Source: Macrostomum lignano (lineage: Eukaryota). From it: a stretch of 64,000 nt of DNA. Numbering within the stretch: position 1 is the stretch's first letter; each line of letters begins with the position of its first letter. Below, in pieces: positions 27,794 to 55,149 of this stretch. The stretch lies in the NCBI GenBank assembly GCA_002269645.1, contig NIVC01003616.1, positions 23,490 to 87,489 on the forward strand, read 5' to 3'. The notes beneath the pieces are model-generated. The model was not told where the DNA came from and did no database searches. It was given only the letters and a program-made list of their open reading frames with translations. A program made the position numbers and the translations under genes.

Positions 27794-30700
27794 TCACATC
27801 TCCACGGATCCTGCCGTCCCGGGCCCGACGCCGCCTCCACCACCACCACCACCACCACCGCCGCCGCCGCCGCCGCCGCCAGTGCCGACCCCACCGCCCA
27901 GGCCAGCCTGGTGCAGAAACGCCGGCGTCACCTTCCAGGCGAGAATCTGGCAGTCGAAGCCGGCCGTAAACAAATTGAATCGGTGCGAATCTTCGCCCCA
28001 GCAGGCGGCGCTGGCCAGCCGGAGGTGGCCGCACTTGCCGTCCTGGCGGGGCAGCCGGCCGAGTAGACGGCCGCCGCCGAGGTCGCCGACGCCTCCGGCG
28101 GACACTCCGGTAGCGGCGGCAGCGGCAACGGCAGACGCGGCGCCGGCAGATGCGGGGGCGTTGGCGGCGGCTGCAACGGCGCCGGCGACTCCAACATTGG
28201 CAGCGCTGCTCTGGCCACCGCCGCCTCCGCCGATGCTGGCACCGACACCAGCTGGCGCCAACAGATTGCCGACGCCGCCGCCGCTGCCGCTACCGCCGCT
28301 TCCACCGGCCGAAACGTTGACGCTAGTGGAGGACGCGACACCGATGGAGGTGCCGATGCCTCCGCCGCCGCCGCCGCCGCCGCTGCCGCCGAGGTGGCAC
28401 AGCTGAACGTGCCGATTGTCAAGAGGCAGAGCGGCAATGCTGGGATAGTAGGGATGCACGGCCAGCCTGTTGACCGCAGCGTCCAGCCTGATGGTGGTGA
28501 GGGCGGTGGACAGCTTGCGCATGTCCCACAGGCGCAGCATTCTGTCCGAGCCGCCGCTAACGATTCGCTCCGGACCGGCGAATGCGGCGCAGGTGACGGC
28601 GCCAGAGTGAGCGCGGTGCAGGTGCAAATCCACCTGAGGCAATGGACAGATTTATCATCGATACATATCGGCTCCCATCATACATAGATTTTTTAAAATT
28701 AGCCAAAAATGGAATTTGGGTGACAGAACTGGAATCTAGGTGACAAAAGTGGAATCTATGTGAAAGAAGTGGAATCTATGTGACAAAATCAGAATCTATG
28801 TGACAAAAGTGGAATCTATGTGACACAAGTGGAATCTATGTGACAAGTGGAATCTATGTGAAAAAAGTGGAATCTATGTGAAAAAAGTGGAATCTATATG
28901 ACAAAAGCAGAATCTATGTGACAAAAGTAGAATCTATGTGACACAAGTGGAATCTATGTGACAAAAGCAGAATCTATGTGACAAAAGTAGAATCTATATG
29001 ACACAAGTGGAATCTATGTGACAAAATCAGAATCTATGTGACAAAAGCAGAATCTATGTGACAAAAGTGGATTCTATGTGACACAAGTGGAATCTATGTG
29101 ACACAAGTGGAATCTATGTGACACAAGTGGAATCTATGTGAAAAAAGTGGAATCTATGTGACAAAAGCAGAATCTATGTGACAAAAGTGGAATCTATGTG
29201 ACACAAGTGGAATCCATGTGACAAAAGTGGAATCTATGTGACACAAGTGGAATCCATGTGACAAAATCAGAATCTATGTGACAAAAGTGGAATCTATGTG
29301 ACAAAAGTGGAATCTATGTGACACAAGTGGAATCTATGTGACAAAATCAGAATCTATGTGACAAAAGCAGAATCTATGTGACAAAAGTGGAATCTATGTG
29401 ACACAAGTGGAATCTATGTGACACAAGTGGAATCTATGTGAAAAAAAGTGGAATCTATGTGAAAAAGTGGAATCTATGTGACAAAAGTGGAATCTATGTG
29501 ACAAAAGTGGAATCTATGTGACACAAGTGGAATCTATGTGACAAAATCAGAATCTATGTGAAAAAAGTGGAATCTATGTGACAAAAGTGGAATCTATGTG
29601 ACACAAGTGGAATCTATGTGACACAAGTGGAATCTATGTGACAAAAGCGGAATCTGTCACAAAAGTGGAATCTATGTGACAAAAGCGGAATCTGTCACAA
29701 AAGTGGAATCTATGTGACAAAAGTGGAATTTAGGAAACAGAAAAGAAACTTAGGTGACAAAACTAGGATTTAGGTGACAAGTGGAACTCGCTCACTCACC
29801 GGCTCTCCCATATTGAGGTCCCAAAGGCCGAAGTAGCCATCTTTGCTGCTAGTCAGAGCCAGCCGCCTACCGGGATGACAGGCCACCCCGGTGATGATGT
29901 CCTCGTGGCCCTCGTAGATGCGAATCAGTTTGCCAGTCTCGGCGCTCCACAGGGCCATGGGGCAGACCCGATCCCAGGAGCCCGTCACCACCTCGCAGCC
30001 GGAGATGAAATCTGCACCGATCACGGGCGCCGTGTGGTGGCCTGGGCGGGCGGGAGGAGCAGAGAGATGGCTAATCAATCAATCAATCAACCAATCAATA
30101 CTCTAATCAATCAATCAATCAATCCACCAATTAATCAATACTCTAATCAATCAATCAATAAATCCACCAATCAGTCAATACTCTAATCAATCAATCAATC
30201 AATCAATAAATCCACCAATCAATCAATACTCTAATCAATCAATCAATCCATCAATCAATCAATCCAATACTCTAATCAATTAATTAATCAATCAATCAAT
30301 CAATCAATACTCTAATCAATCAATAAATCAATCAATCCACCAATCAATACTCTAATCAATCAATCAATCAATCAATCAATCCACCAATCAATACTCTAAT
30401 AAATCAATCAATCGATCACTCAATCAATCAATTCCTAGAATCATATAAGCAATCAATATAAACTGTCAAGGAACAAAAGCATTCCAATTTAGACACGCCG
30501 CCAGCCCTCGCTCACCGGACAGCACCAGAGCCGGCTCGCTAATCACTTTGCAGGGCTCGGAGCCGCCAACAGAGGCGGAAGCGGAAGCGGGCAAATCGTG
30601 GCTGGGCAGCCGGATCAGGTGGGCCGCCGTATCGCCAGAAGCCGTCAATAGAATATCAGACGAAGGATGAAACCGAACGGAATTAACCGAGCCGGCGTGG

Positions 30701-32498
30701 CCCCGATACTCGATCAGACAGCAGCTGTCCCGATCGTTGCACAGCCAGACTCTCGCGGTGCCGTCAGCCGAGCAGCTGGCCACGAGATTCCTTCGCGGGA
30801 AAGCCGACAGGCCCCAGACGCCGTCCGTGTGACCCAGCAGCCTGGTGACAAACTGGCAGTGCTGCGAGGGCAATACAGGGCGCAGACTGGACACGATTCT
30901 ATTGGTCTGCTGCTTGTACTGAGCTTTGATTCTTTGGTAGATTGCATTCTGCTGCTGTTGTTGCTGCTGATGGGGCTGCTGCTGATGCTGCTGAGTGGCG
31001 GTCAATTTTCTGTTGGCCGACTCTCCGGCCAATTCGTTGCCGTCTGGCTGGTCCGCCTGCTGCTTGTCGAGTCGGCTCAACTGCTGGCGCACCTGCGGAT
31101 TGATGATGGGGGATTAGCACAGTTTAACTATGTAGTTTTATCTGTATAAAATACCTTGAAGCAGCAATGGTCATAAACCTGCTTTTGTGTCATACCCGTA
31201 ACTGTACCTACTACTTTTGAGCAACTAGAACACACCTTGTACCAGTCCGAACACGCCTGTGCCAGTCCAGACACACCAGTGCCAGTCCCAGACATACCAG
31301 TGCCAGTCCCAGACACCTGAGCCAGTCAAGACACACCAGTGCCAGTCCCAGACACACCTGTGCCAGTCCGAACACACCTGTGCCAGTCCGAACAAACCTG
31401 TGCCAGTCCAGACACACCTGTGCCAGTCCCAGACACACCTGTGCCAGTCCGAACACACCTGTGCCAGTCCGAACACACCTGTGCCAGTCCCAGACACACC
31501 TGAGCCAGTCCAGACACACCTGAGCCAGTCCAGACACACCTGTGCCAGTCCCAGACACACCTGAGCCAGTCCAGACACACCTGAGCCAGTCCAGACACAC
31601 CTGAGCCAGTCCAGACACACCTGAGCCAGTCAAGACACACCTGTGCCAGTCAAGACACACCTGTGCCAGTCAAGACACACCTGTGCCAGTCAAGACACAC
31701 CTGTGCAGTCCAGACACACCTGTGCCAGTCAAGACACACCTGAGCCAGTCCAGACACACCTGTGCCAGTCAAGACACACCTGAGCCAGTCCAGACACACA
31801 TGAGCCAGTCCAGACACACCTGTGCCAGTCCAGACACACTTGTGCCAGTCCAGACACACATGAGCCAGTCCAGACACACCTGTGCCAGTCCAAAAACACC
31901 TTTGCCAGTCCAGACATACCTGTGCCAGTCAAGACACACCTGTGCAGTCCAGACACACCTGTGCCAGTCAAGACACACCTGAGCCAGTCCAGACACACCT
32001 GTGCCAGTCAAGACACACCTGAGCCAGTCCAGACACACATGAGCCAGTCCAGACACACCTGTGCCAGTCCGAACACACCTGTGCCAGTCCAGACATACCT
32101 GTGCCAGTCCAGACACACCTACGCCAGTCCAGACACACCTGCTCCAGTCCAGACGCACCTGTTCCAGTCCCAGACACACCTGTGCCAGTCTAAACACACC
32201 TGAGCCACACCTGTGCCAGACACCTGTAACGCACCTGCCTCCGAATCTCTTTCTCAATTTCGGTCTCCAGCTGGCCCATTATCTTGTGAAATTTCACTCG
32301 AAACTCCGGCGTGAGGCCGCCCATTTCGCCGGCTCCGCTGCCTCCGCCACCGCCGCCGCTCCTGACGCCGGAAGCGCCGCCAGAAGAATCCAGACCGGAA
32401 GTCAGCCGTTTCCGATCCAACAGTTGATGCTGCGGCACCGCAGCCCTGTGACCGTAGCCGCCGCCGCCCCCTCCGCCGCTGCTCTCTTCGCTGGACAT
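27794..32498 (-). CDS. WDR37: WD-repeat protein 37-like, 4 exons, about 640 aa
   Basis: Exons 32498-32235, 31092-30516, 30041-29800, 28633-27794; phases 0/1/0 join. N-terminal IMGQLETEIEKE helix, GHTDGVW and GHAGSVNSVRFHP WD repeats, C-terminal ALPLDNRHV...RLPR...NLFTAGFD as in WDR37. An additional upstream exon cannot be excluded. Confidence 0.85.
28700..29735. repeat. 20-bp minisatellite (GTGGAATCTATGTGACAAAA) in WDR37 intron 3
   Basis: About 50 units. Confidence 0.95.
30072..30432. repeat. (AATC)n microsatellite with periodic ATACTCT/CCACC interruptions in WDR37 intron 2
   Basis: Read directly. Confidence 0.9.
31235..32225. repeat. 20-bp minisatellite (GTGCCAGTCCAGACACACCT) in WDR37 intron 1
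   Basis: About 49 units. Confidence 0.95.
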
Positions 32499-32739
32499 CT
32501 ACAGGCGATGGCCAACCGTGCCTCAATGTCACCCGTGTTAACACAATATGCCCAGATGCTGGACGAGCGCGTCAGAATCTTTTAATAGTTGTGACTCAGT
32601 TAGTGAATTCTTTCAAAATATAGAAGCTGAAAGTGTAAATAGCGAATTTTTAATAATTATACCATTATAATATTGTAAAACCATTCTAAAGGCTGACTTT
32701 ATTTTAGTTCACTAGAATTCAAAAGTGGGCCTCCGATTG

Positions 32740-33362
32740 TCAGTTGCTGGGCCACAATCCTCCCAGATCCTCAGTTGCTGGGCCAGCCTCCCAGATCCTC
32801 AGTTGCTGGGCCAGCCTCCCAAATCCTCAGCTGCTGGGCCAGCCTCCCAGATCCTCAGTTGCAGGGCCAGCCTCCCAGATACTCAGTTGCTGGGCCAGCC
32901 TCCCAGATCCTCAGTTGCTGGGCCAGCCTCCCAGATCCTCAGTTGCTGGGCCAGCCTCCCAAATCCTCAGCTGCTGGGCCAGCCTCCCAGATCCTCAGTT
33001 GCTGGGCCAGCCTCCCAGATCCTCAGTTGCTGGGCCAGCCTCCCAGATCCTCAGCTGCTGGGCCACCAGCCTCCCAGATCCTCAGTTGCTGGGCCAGCCT
33101 CCCAGATCCTCAGTTGCTGGGCCAGCCTCCCAGATCCTCAGCTGCTGGGCCACCAGCCTCCCAGATCCTCAGTTGCTGGGCCAGCCTCCCAGATACTCAG
33201 TTGCTGGGCCAGCCTCCCAGATCCTCAGTTTCTGGGCCAGCCTCCCAGATACTCAGTTGCTGGGCCAGCCTCCCAGATCCTCAGTTGCTGGGCTAGCCTC
33301 CCAGATCCTCAGTTGCTGTTTCAGCCTTCCAGATCCTCAGTTGCTAGGCCAGCCTCCTAGTT
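32740..33362 (+). repeat. 28-bp minisatellite between the ACAD 3' end and the WDR37 start
   Basis: About 22 units of the same family as IFRD intron 1. Confidence 0.95.
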
Positions 33363-33929
33363 GCTAAGCGAACGCTACCCTTTGTATCAAATTAAAACTT
33401 TAGGTGCTGACAAAATTTTAATCCTAACCTTAATCCTTACTCAGATTTCTTTGATTTCTAAGAAATGGACAGTGCTTAATAATTGACACAGTTAAAATTC
33501 GATTTGATTACGGAAACATCTTTATTCACAAATTAGAAAAGTTAAGCTTACATTTATCACAATATACTAATAAGTAGTAGCATATTCACTTTTAAAGCAC
33601 CAGGCATTTAAATCACCCAAAGCATATCTATACGCGCATGCAAGATTGCAGGTACACACTCTTAAAAATGATTAAAAAATTGACACGATAGTTTAAAGGA
33701 ATTAGAACGGTTAGATTCTACTGCACATGATTTCAAAACTATTAGAGATAAGAATAAATTACAAAAAACGAAATTTGTCAGAAAAATCCAATTTACTACT
33801 AACAAATTACGTCACTCAGTAGAAGCATCGAACATTATGGGAAAAGTTTCTAAAAAATTGAGAAAAAATACAATATTTATTCGCCTAATAGTACTCAATA
33901 ATAACCGTAAGCTACTTACTGATTCTTCA

Positions 33930-49635
<15,706 letters not shown>

Positions 49636-49664
49636 GCATGATACGTACGGAAAATAGTATATTC

Positions 49665-50360
49665 TACGCAGTGGCTTTAATTGGCTTTATTTTCTATGGC
49701 CGAGTGCAGTTCTGTGGCGGTGTGGCTTTGATTGGCTTTATTGTCTATGGCAGAGTGCAGTTCTGTGGCAGTGGCTTTGATTGGCTTTATTGTCTATGGC
49801 CGAGTGCAGTTCTGTGGCAGTGGTTTTGATTGGCTTTATTGTCTATGTCCGAGTGCAGTTCTGTGGCGGTGTGGCTTTGATTGGCTTTATTGTCTATGGC
49901 CGAGTGCAGTTCTATGGCAGTGTGGCTTTGATCGACTTTATTGTCTATGGCCGAGTGCAGTTCTGTGGCAGTGGCTTTGATTGGCTTTATTGTCTATGGC
50001 CGAGTGCAGTTCTGTGGCGGTGTGGCTTTGATTGGCTTTATTGTCTATGGTCGAGAGTAGTTCTGTGGCAGTGGCTTTGATTGGCTTTATTGTCTATGGC
50101 CGAGTGCAGTTCTATGGCAGTGTGGCTTTGATTGGCTTTATTGTCTATGGCAGAGTGCAGTTCTGTGGCGGTGTGGCTTTGATTGGCTTTATTGTCTATG
50201 GCCGAGTGCAGTTCTGTGGCAGTGGCTTTGATTGGCTTTATTGTCTATGGCCGAGTGCAGTTCTGTGGCGGTGTGGCTTTGATTGACTTTATTGTCTATG
50301 GCCGAGAGTAGTTCTATGGCAGTGGCTTTGATTGGCTTTATTGTCTATGGCTGAGTGCAG
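49665..50360. repeat. 49/52-bp minisatellite just upstream of the ACAD ATG; most units carry ATTGG (CCAAT)
   Basis: About 14 units of TTGATTGGCTTTATTGTCTATGGCCGAGTGCAGTTCTGTGGCAGTGGCT. Confidence 0.93.
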
Positions 50361-51460
50361 GCTTAAGTTGACTTGACTAATTAACTTGACTGAAAAAAGT
50401 TATTCATAATTAATCAGCTATTTCTATCTACACACTAATAGTAACATAAAAAGTGCATTTTAAATTCGAAAACAGAGATGTAGCTCTTAATTACTAATAT
50501 AATTAATTATATTTGCCCCATACTTGTCGACAAAATATGGATAGAAAAATAATGAAAAATAATTTGCAACAATTAATTGTATTAAATTACGAAGAATAAT
50601 TTAAATTATTACTATAAAGCACCCAATAAGGTAACACGAAAGAAAACTGTGTATAAATATCCACCAAAAGCAGACAAAATTAGGAGTGAGCAGAAATTAG
50701 CAAAAAAATAATGTAATGCATTTGCTGTGACTTTGGGTATATCAGAGACAGAATATTAATTGCCAAATAAATTAAAAATGCATTAACAATTTAGCAAAAT
50801 GCTTCGATTAGATTAATAAACTATTGAGGAAAGCTCAATACAATATTGATACTGGGTACATTTTTCTCAAGTAGAACTCCCTTCATCGCAATTGCGCGCC
50901 CATAGCTAAATTAATAAGACTCTCAAGAGGAGCTCAAAGGGGTACTTTTAGAAATAAGAGTCCTGAAACTATTAAGAAAGTAGTTTTAATAAGTCAGAAG
51001 ACCTTCAAAACCAGGCTACCTTTATAGTGTACTTTTACAAGATCTCAATACATAGAATGGCTAAGAAAGTACTTTAAACGGACCCAAAACCCTAGATCTA
51101 TTTACATTGTATTTTTAATCGAAATTTTTAGAACCACTCTTAATGAACTTTTACCAAACCCGAAGCGCTAGGACCTTTCAGAAAGTACTTTCATCAGATC
51201 CAAATTCCTAGAAACATTTTGAATGTACTTTTACCATCTAAATCAGTGGAGTCATTTATTATGTACTTCTATCGTATTAAGATCTCTAGAAATACTCATA
51301 ATGTACTTTTACCAGATACTAGGCCCTAAAATTAGTCAGTATGTACTTTATTAAAACTAGGAACCATTGTAACGTTCCGATTTACACTCTAAACTAAAAT
51401 GCCAGTTGACTAATCATAGCAACCTACAAACCCTAATTAGCAGACGTACATGCCAGCGAG

Positions 51461-52096
51461 TCACTCGATAGACACGCCGTGCAATTTCAAATCGGCGCGC
51501 AATCGTTTACTAAGAAAGCCGGCAGGAAATTGGGCCGTATTGATTCGGCAGGCGAATACGGCCTGGCGAAGAAGCTGCGGCTGCTCCAGCACAGCCGACA
51601 GGGCGGCTTCAAGCAGAGCAGGCAGAGAGCGCAGACCCAGCCGCAGATTAGGAGAATCGAACACCAAGCCCAATAGGCGAATAGCTAATTGGTATTGGCG
51701 AGTTTTGCAAGCCGAGCGAAGCAGGCAGTCCCAGAGCTTGGGATCAGCCAGTCTGGACGATGACGATGTCGGAGTCGGCGTCGACGAAAAGTTCGCAGCG
51801 GCGTCGTCGGTTGCGTCGGCAGCCCAGCCGGGGCCGGTCAGGGCCACGCGAGCCAGCAGCAGGCGGCAGAGCAGCTCCAGGCCGCGCTCGCCTTCGCCAC
51901 GAGCGGAACGGGCCAGCATGCCGATGTCTATGGCCGAGTCCCACTGGCCAAGCGGGCAGCGGGCCGGCTGCCCCATGCCGATGCCGAAGTGGGCGCGGAC
52001 CTGCGCCGGTTGGCAACGGGGAGAGGAGGGCTGGCTGTGAGAGAGACGGACACAGACAGACAGACAGACAGACAGACAGACGACACTAAGACACTA

Positions 52097-52167
<71 letters not shown>

Positions 52168-52212
52168 TAGACAGACAGACAGATAGACAGACACTAAGAC
52201 AGACAGACAGAC

Positions 52213-52247
<35 letters not shown>

Positions 52248-52650
52248 CAGCAGGACGGACGGGACAGGCGCAAGCAGCCCTATTATTAAAAACCCCTTAC
52301 CTGCAGTTCGCAGATCCTCATATGCCAGGCGTCGGCCAGTCTGGAGTCTGCCTCCAGGCGGTGCAGCACCCTGGCGCAGGCGAGGAACACGCCGCTAGGC
52401 CGCCAATCCTCCGAGTCCCAAGCGTCCCTGACGGTGGCCAGACAGGCAGAACGAGCTCGATCGTCGCTGCGCTGCACGAGGCGAACAATCAAGTCGGCCG
52501 TGTCGGCCAAGCGCTGCTCATCGTCCAGCAGTTGGTCGAGTTCATCGCGCTGTTGCTGCTGCATCTGGGACATCATGTCGCAGACGTTGACTGATAGCAG
52601 AGCGTCGGCGCTCAGGTCCAGCATTGATTGGCTCTGCTGCGAATCGCTGC
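51461..52650 (-). CDS. Unidentified alpha-helical (PPR/TPR-like?) protein; last two exons or a complete 2-exon gene
   Basis: Exons 52650 (or ATG 52624)-52301 and 52030-51461. GTAAGG donor; the CACAGCCAG acceptor restores the frame; GC-rich host-like codon use. No family recognised. Confidence 0.65.
52055..52250. repeat. (GACA)n microsatellite in intron
   Basis: Read directly. Confidence 0.95.
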
Positions 52651-52729
52651 CTACAAGCAGAGAGATTTCAATGAAAGCTATGAGACTTTATCTAAAGATG
52701 CAATTGATCTAAAATTAATGCTAATAGGA

Positions 52730-53356
52730 TCCTAATAGGAGTGATCCTTAGGGAGCTAATAGAAGTGATCTATAGGGAGCTAATAGGAGTGATCCCTAAA
52801 GGGAGCGAGTAGGAGTGATCCTTAGGGAGCGAGTAGGAGTGATCCTTAGGGAGCGAGTAGGAGTGATCCATAGGGAGCGAGTAGGAGTGATCCTTAGGGA
52901 GCGAGTAGGAGTGATCCTTAGGGAGCGAGTAGGAGTGATCCTTAGGGAGCGAGTAGGAGTGATCCTTAGGGAGCTAATACTAATAGGAGTGATTCTTAGG
53001 TAGCTAATAGGAGTGATTCTTAGGTAGCTAATAGGAATGATCCTTAGGTAGCTAATAGTAGTGATCCTTAGGTAGCTAATAGTAGTGATCCTTAGGTAGC
53101 TAATAGTAGTGATCCTTAGGTAGCTAATAGTAGTGATCCTTAGGTAGCTAATAGTAGTGATCCTTAGGTAGCTAATAGTAATGATCCTTAGGTAGCTAAT
53201 AGTAGTGATCCTTAGGTAGCTAATAGTAATGATCCTTAGGTAGCTAATAGTAGTGATCCTTAGGTAGCTAATAGTAATGATCCTTAGGTAGCTAATAGTA
53301 GTGATCCTTAGGTAGCTAATAGTAATGATCCTTAGGTAGCTAATAGTAGTGATCCT
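52730..53356. repeat. 24-bp minisatellite with two variant blocks (TAGGAGTGATCCTTAGGGAGCGAG / TAGTAGTGATCCTTAGGTAGCTAA) abutting the Polinton end
   Basis: Tandem units read directly. Confidence 0.93.
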
Positions 53357-53624
53357 AGTAGTATAGAAAAAGACGCTTCTAGACCCAGAGCACTTTTTTA
53401 ATGACCGTTTTAAGGGTCTAGAGGGGGGACACGGGGGGTAAATAAAAAAACACATCTAAACACCATTAATACATCTAATCACCCATAATCACCCCTAACA
53501 ATAAAAATCACTTCCCAACACTTCCAAACACTCCCCAACACCCCCCTCGCGTCCCCCCTCTTAAGACCTTACAAACGGTCATTAAAATAAGGTCTGATCT
53601 AGAAGCGTCTTTTTCTATACTACT
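53357..53624. repeat. Terminal palindrome: 27-bp perfect outer inverted repeat, about 85-bp imperfect arms, about 100-nt loop
   Basis: AGTAGTATAGAAAAAGACGCTTCTAGA (53357-53383) pairs with 53598-53624. Inner 15-bp (53396-53410/53573-53587) and 10-bp (53421-53430/53551-53560) perfect blocks. Confidence 0.95.
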
Positions 53625-54100
53625 ACTCTACCCAACACTTCCAACACTTCCAACACTTCCAACACACCCCAACACTTCTAACACTTCAAATTCTCTATAA
53701 CCCCTCGCACGCGCCGCAGGCGCGAAGGGGCACAGTCTGACCCAAACTGAGTCATAGAAAAGGAACAGTGTTTAACTATCTTAAAGCAGCTCACAAAAAG
53801 AAAAACTTTGCATGATCACCCCAAAGGGTCGCAGACAGTATAATGACTAACGTGGGAATTCGGGGTTTCTATTATACTCATCAATTACCGAAGCGCAAAC
53901 CTCAGACTCAAACTGGCTACAACAGGAAGGTGAGTTGCTTACTCATGAAAAGCGCTTTTATTATTTTCAGCACTCCACCCCAAGCTTTAATTGTGTGTAT
54001 AAGAATGATGAAATCTAAAAAACTAGCCACAGCAAATAGTCTCTTATTTATGCACAACTCCTAATATCTGTCTTTTACAAGAACTAACAAACGTATTATC

Positions 54101-54988
54101 ATGGCATCATCGAAAGAAGCAAGGATATCATCTATTGTCGAGATTGCTACGAATTTATCAAGGAAGGATAAGTCATTAATTGGTTGCCGACTTAAAGACT
54201 TCTCGGAGAAGGAATTGGAGGCCTTACATGATAGTTTAGAAAAGTTGGATGGGGTGAGTGAAAAGAAGCCGACCACCCAAAAGAGGAAAGAGAAAGGTTA
54301 TGTGGAGAATGTGCTAGAGACAATCTATCAGAAGTTAGAGGAGAACGAAGATAGAGGAGTTAGTGTGTGCGTGGAAGCGATTACACAAGGCCTATCCCAC
54401 GTTGGTCTCAAGCTTGAAGGTACGACCAAACATGATTTGATTGAAAGATTTAAGAAAATAAAGTCATCTATTGAAGCTCTATCGATTGCTAAGGCAATGA
54501 TGCAATTTGAGCAGGGTAGACTTATCTACTATTTAAGCACGAAGTATCGAATGACAGAGCGAGAGCTGGCCGACTCATTCAACATAACCAGCCGGAAGGT
54601 TGAGGATTATAAAAAATACTATCAACTCTGCCTTGAATACCCAGGTTTAATTTTTTCTACCTATTCAATGGGCATAGTAATTAATTATAGTGCTGCGATT
54701 TGCAAGAAGGCAAACAACGATGCCAGGTTTAAGGAACTTCTCAAGATGCAACACGAGACAGTTGCTTTGGTTTTGAAAGATGGCAGTCCTGAAGAAAAGC
54801 AAGTTCACCAGTGGTATGAAGACAGTAAGTGATTGCTTCACTATTGTGGTAATGTAAGTAAGTTCATATTTTTTAAAGCTTGCTTTTATATTGTAGCTTT
54901 CAACGAAGATCCTGACGCGGAAGACAAAGCTGAGAGCGCCGCCGAAGTCCGAGAGATGTTCGAAGGAGGAAAATGGGTTAAGAAGTAA
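54101..54988 (+). CDS. Putative HTH DNA-binding protein of the element, probably with a 72-nt intron (271 aa spliced; 243 aa unspliced)
   Basis: HTH-like MTERELADSFNITSRKVEDY. Donor GAC A|GTAAGT (54825) and acceptor TTTTATATTGTAG (54896); phase-1 join opens a 30-codon acidic exon ending in TAA at 54988. Confidence 0.7.
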
Positions 54989-55042
54989 ATAATTTGCGTG
55001 CTATTTCCATAACTATTAAACTGACAATCTTTTTAGTGTATA

Positions 55043-55143
55043 CATGAATTTTTCTCATAGCTTAGAAAAAATCATGTGTGTGTGTGCACCAAACTCTTTT
55101 AGTGTATACATGATTTTTTCTAAGCTATGAGAAAAATTCATGT
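55043..55143. other. Two inverted 34-bp sites with 13-8-13 (loxP/FRT-like) architecture
   Basis: 55043-55076 CATGAATTTTTCT-CATAGCTT-AGAAAAAATCATG is the exact reverse complement of 55110-55143. Each is preceded by the direct repeat TCTTTTTAGTGTATA. Confidence 0.85.
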
Positions 55144-55149
55144 GCTGTT

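Noticed and set aside
27720-28406. Poly-proline (formin/WASP-like) ORF on the + strand
   Set aside because: It is the antisense reading of the poly-Gly codons in WDR37 exon 4.
53357-53624. Independent Polinton-derived MITE
   Set aside because: No flanking TSD, and the CAACACTTC repeats inside the loop continue outside it. Kept only as an alternative in the findings.
53843-54064. Upstream ORF as coding exon 1 of the HTH gene
   Set aside because: The donor at 53930 is phase 0, but the acceptor at 54081 is out of frame with ATG 54101 and the acceptor at 53970 leads to an early stop. At most a uORF or UTR exon.
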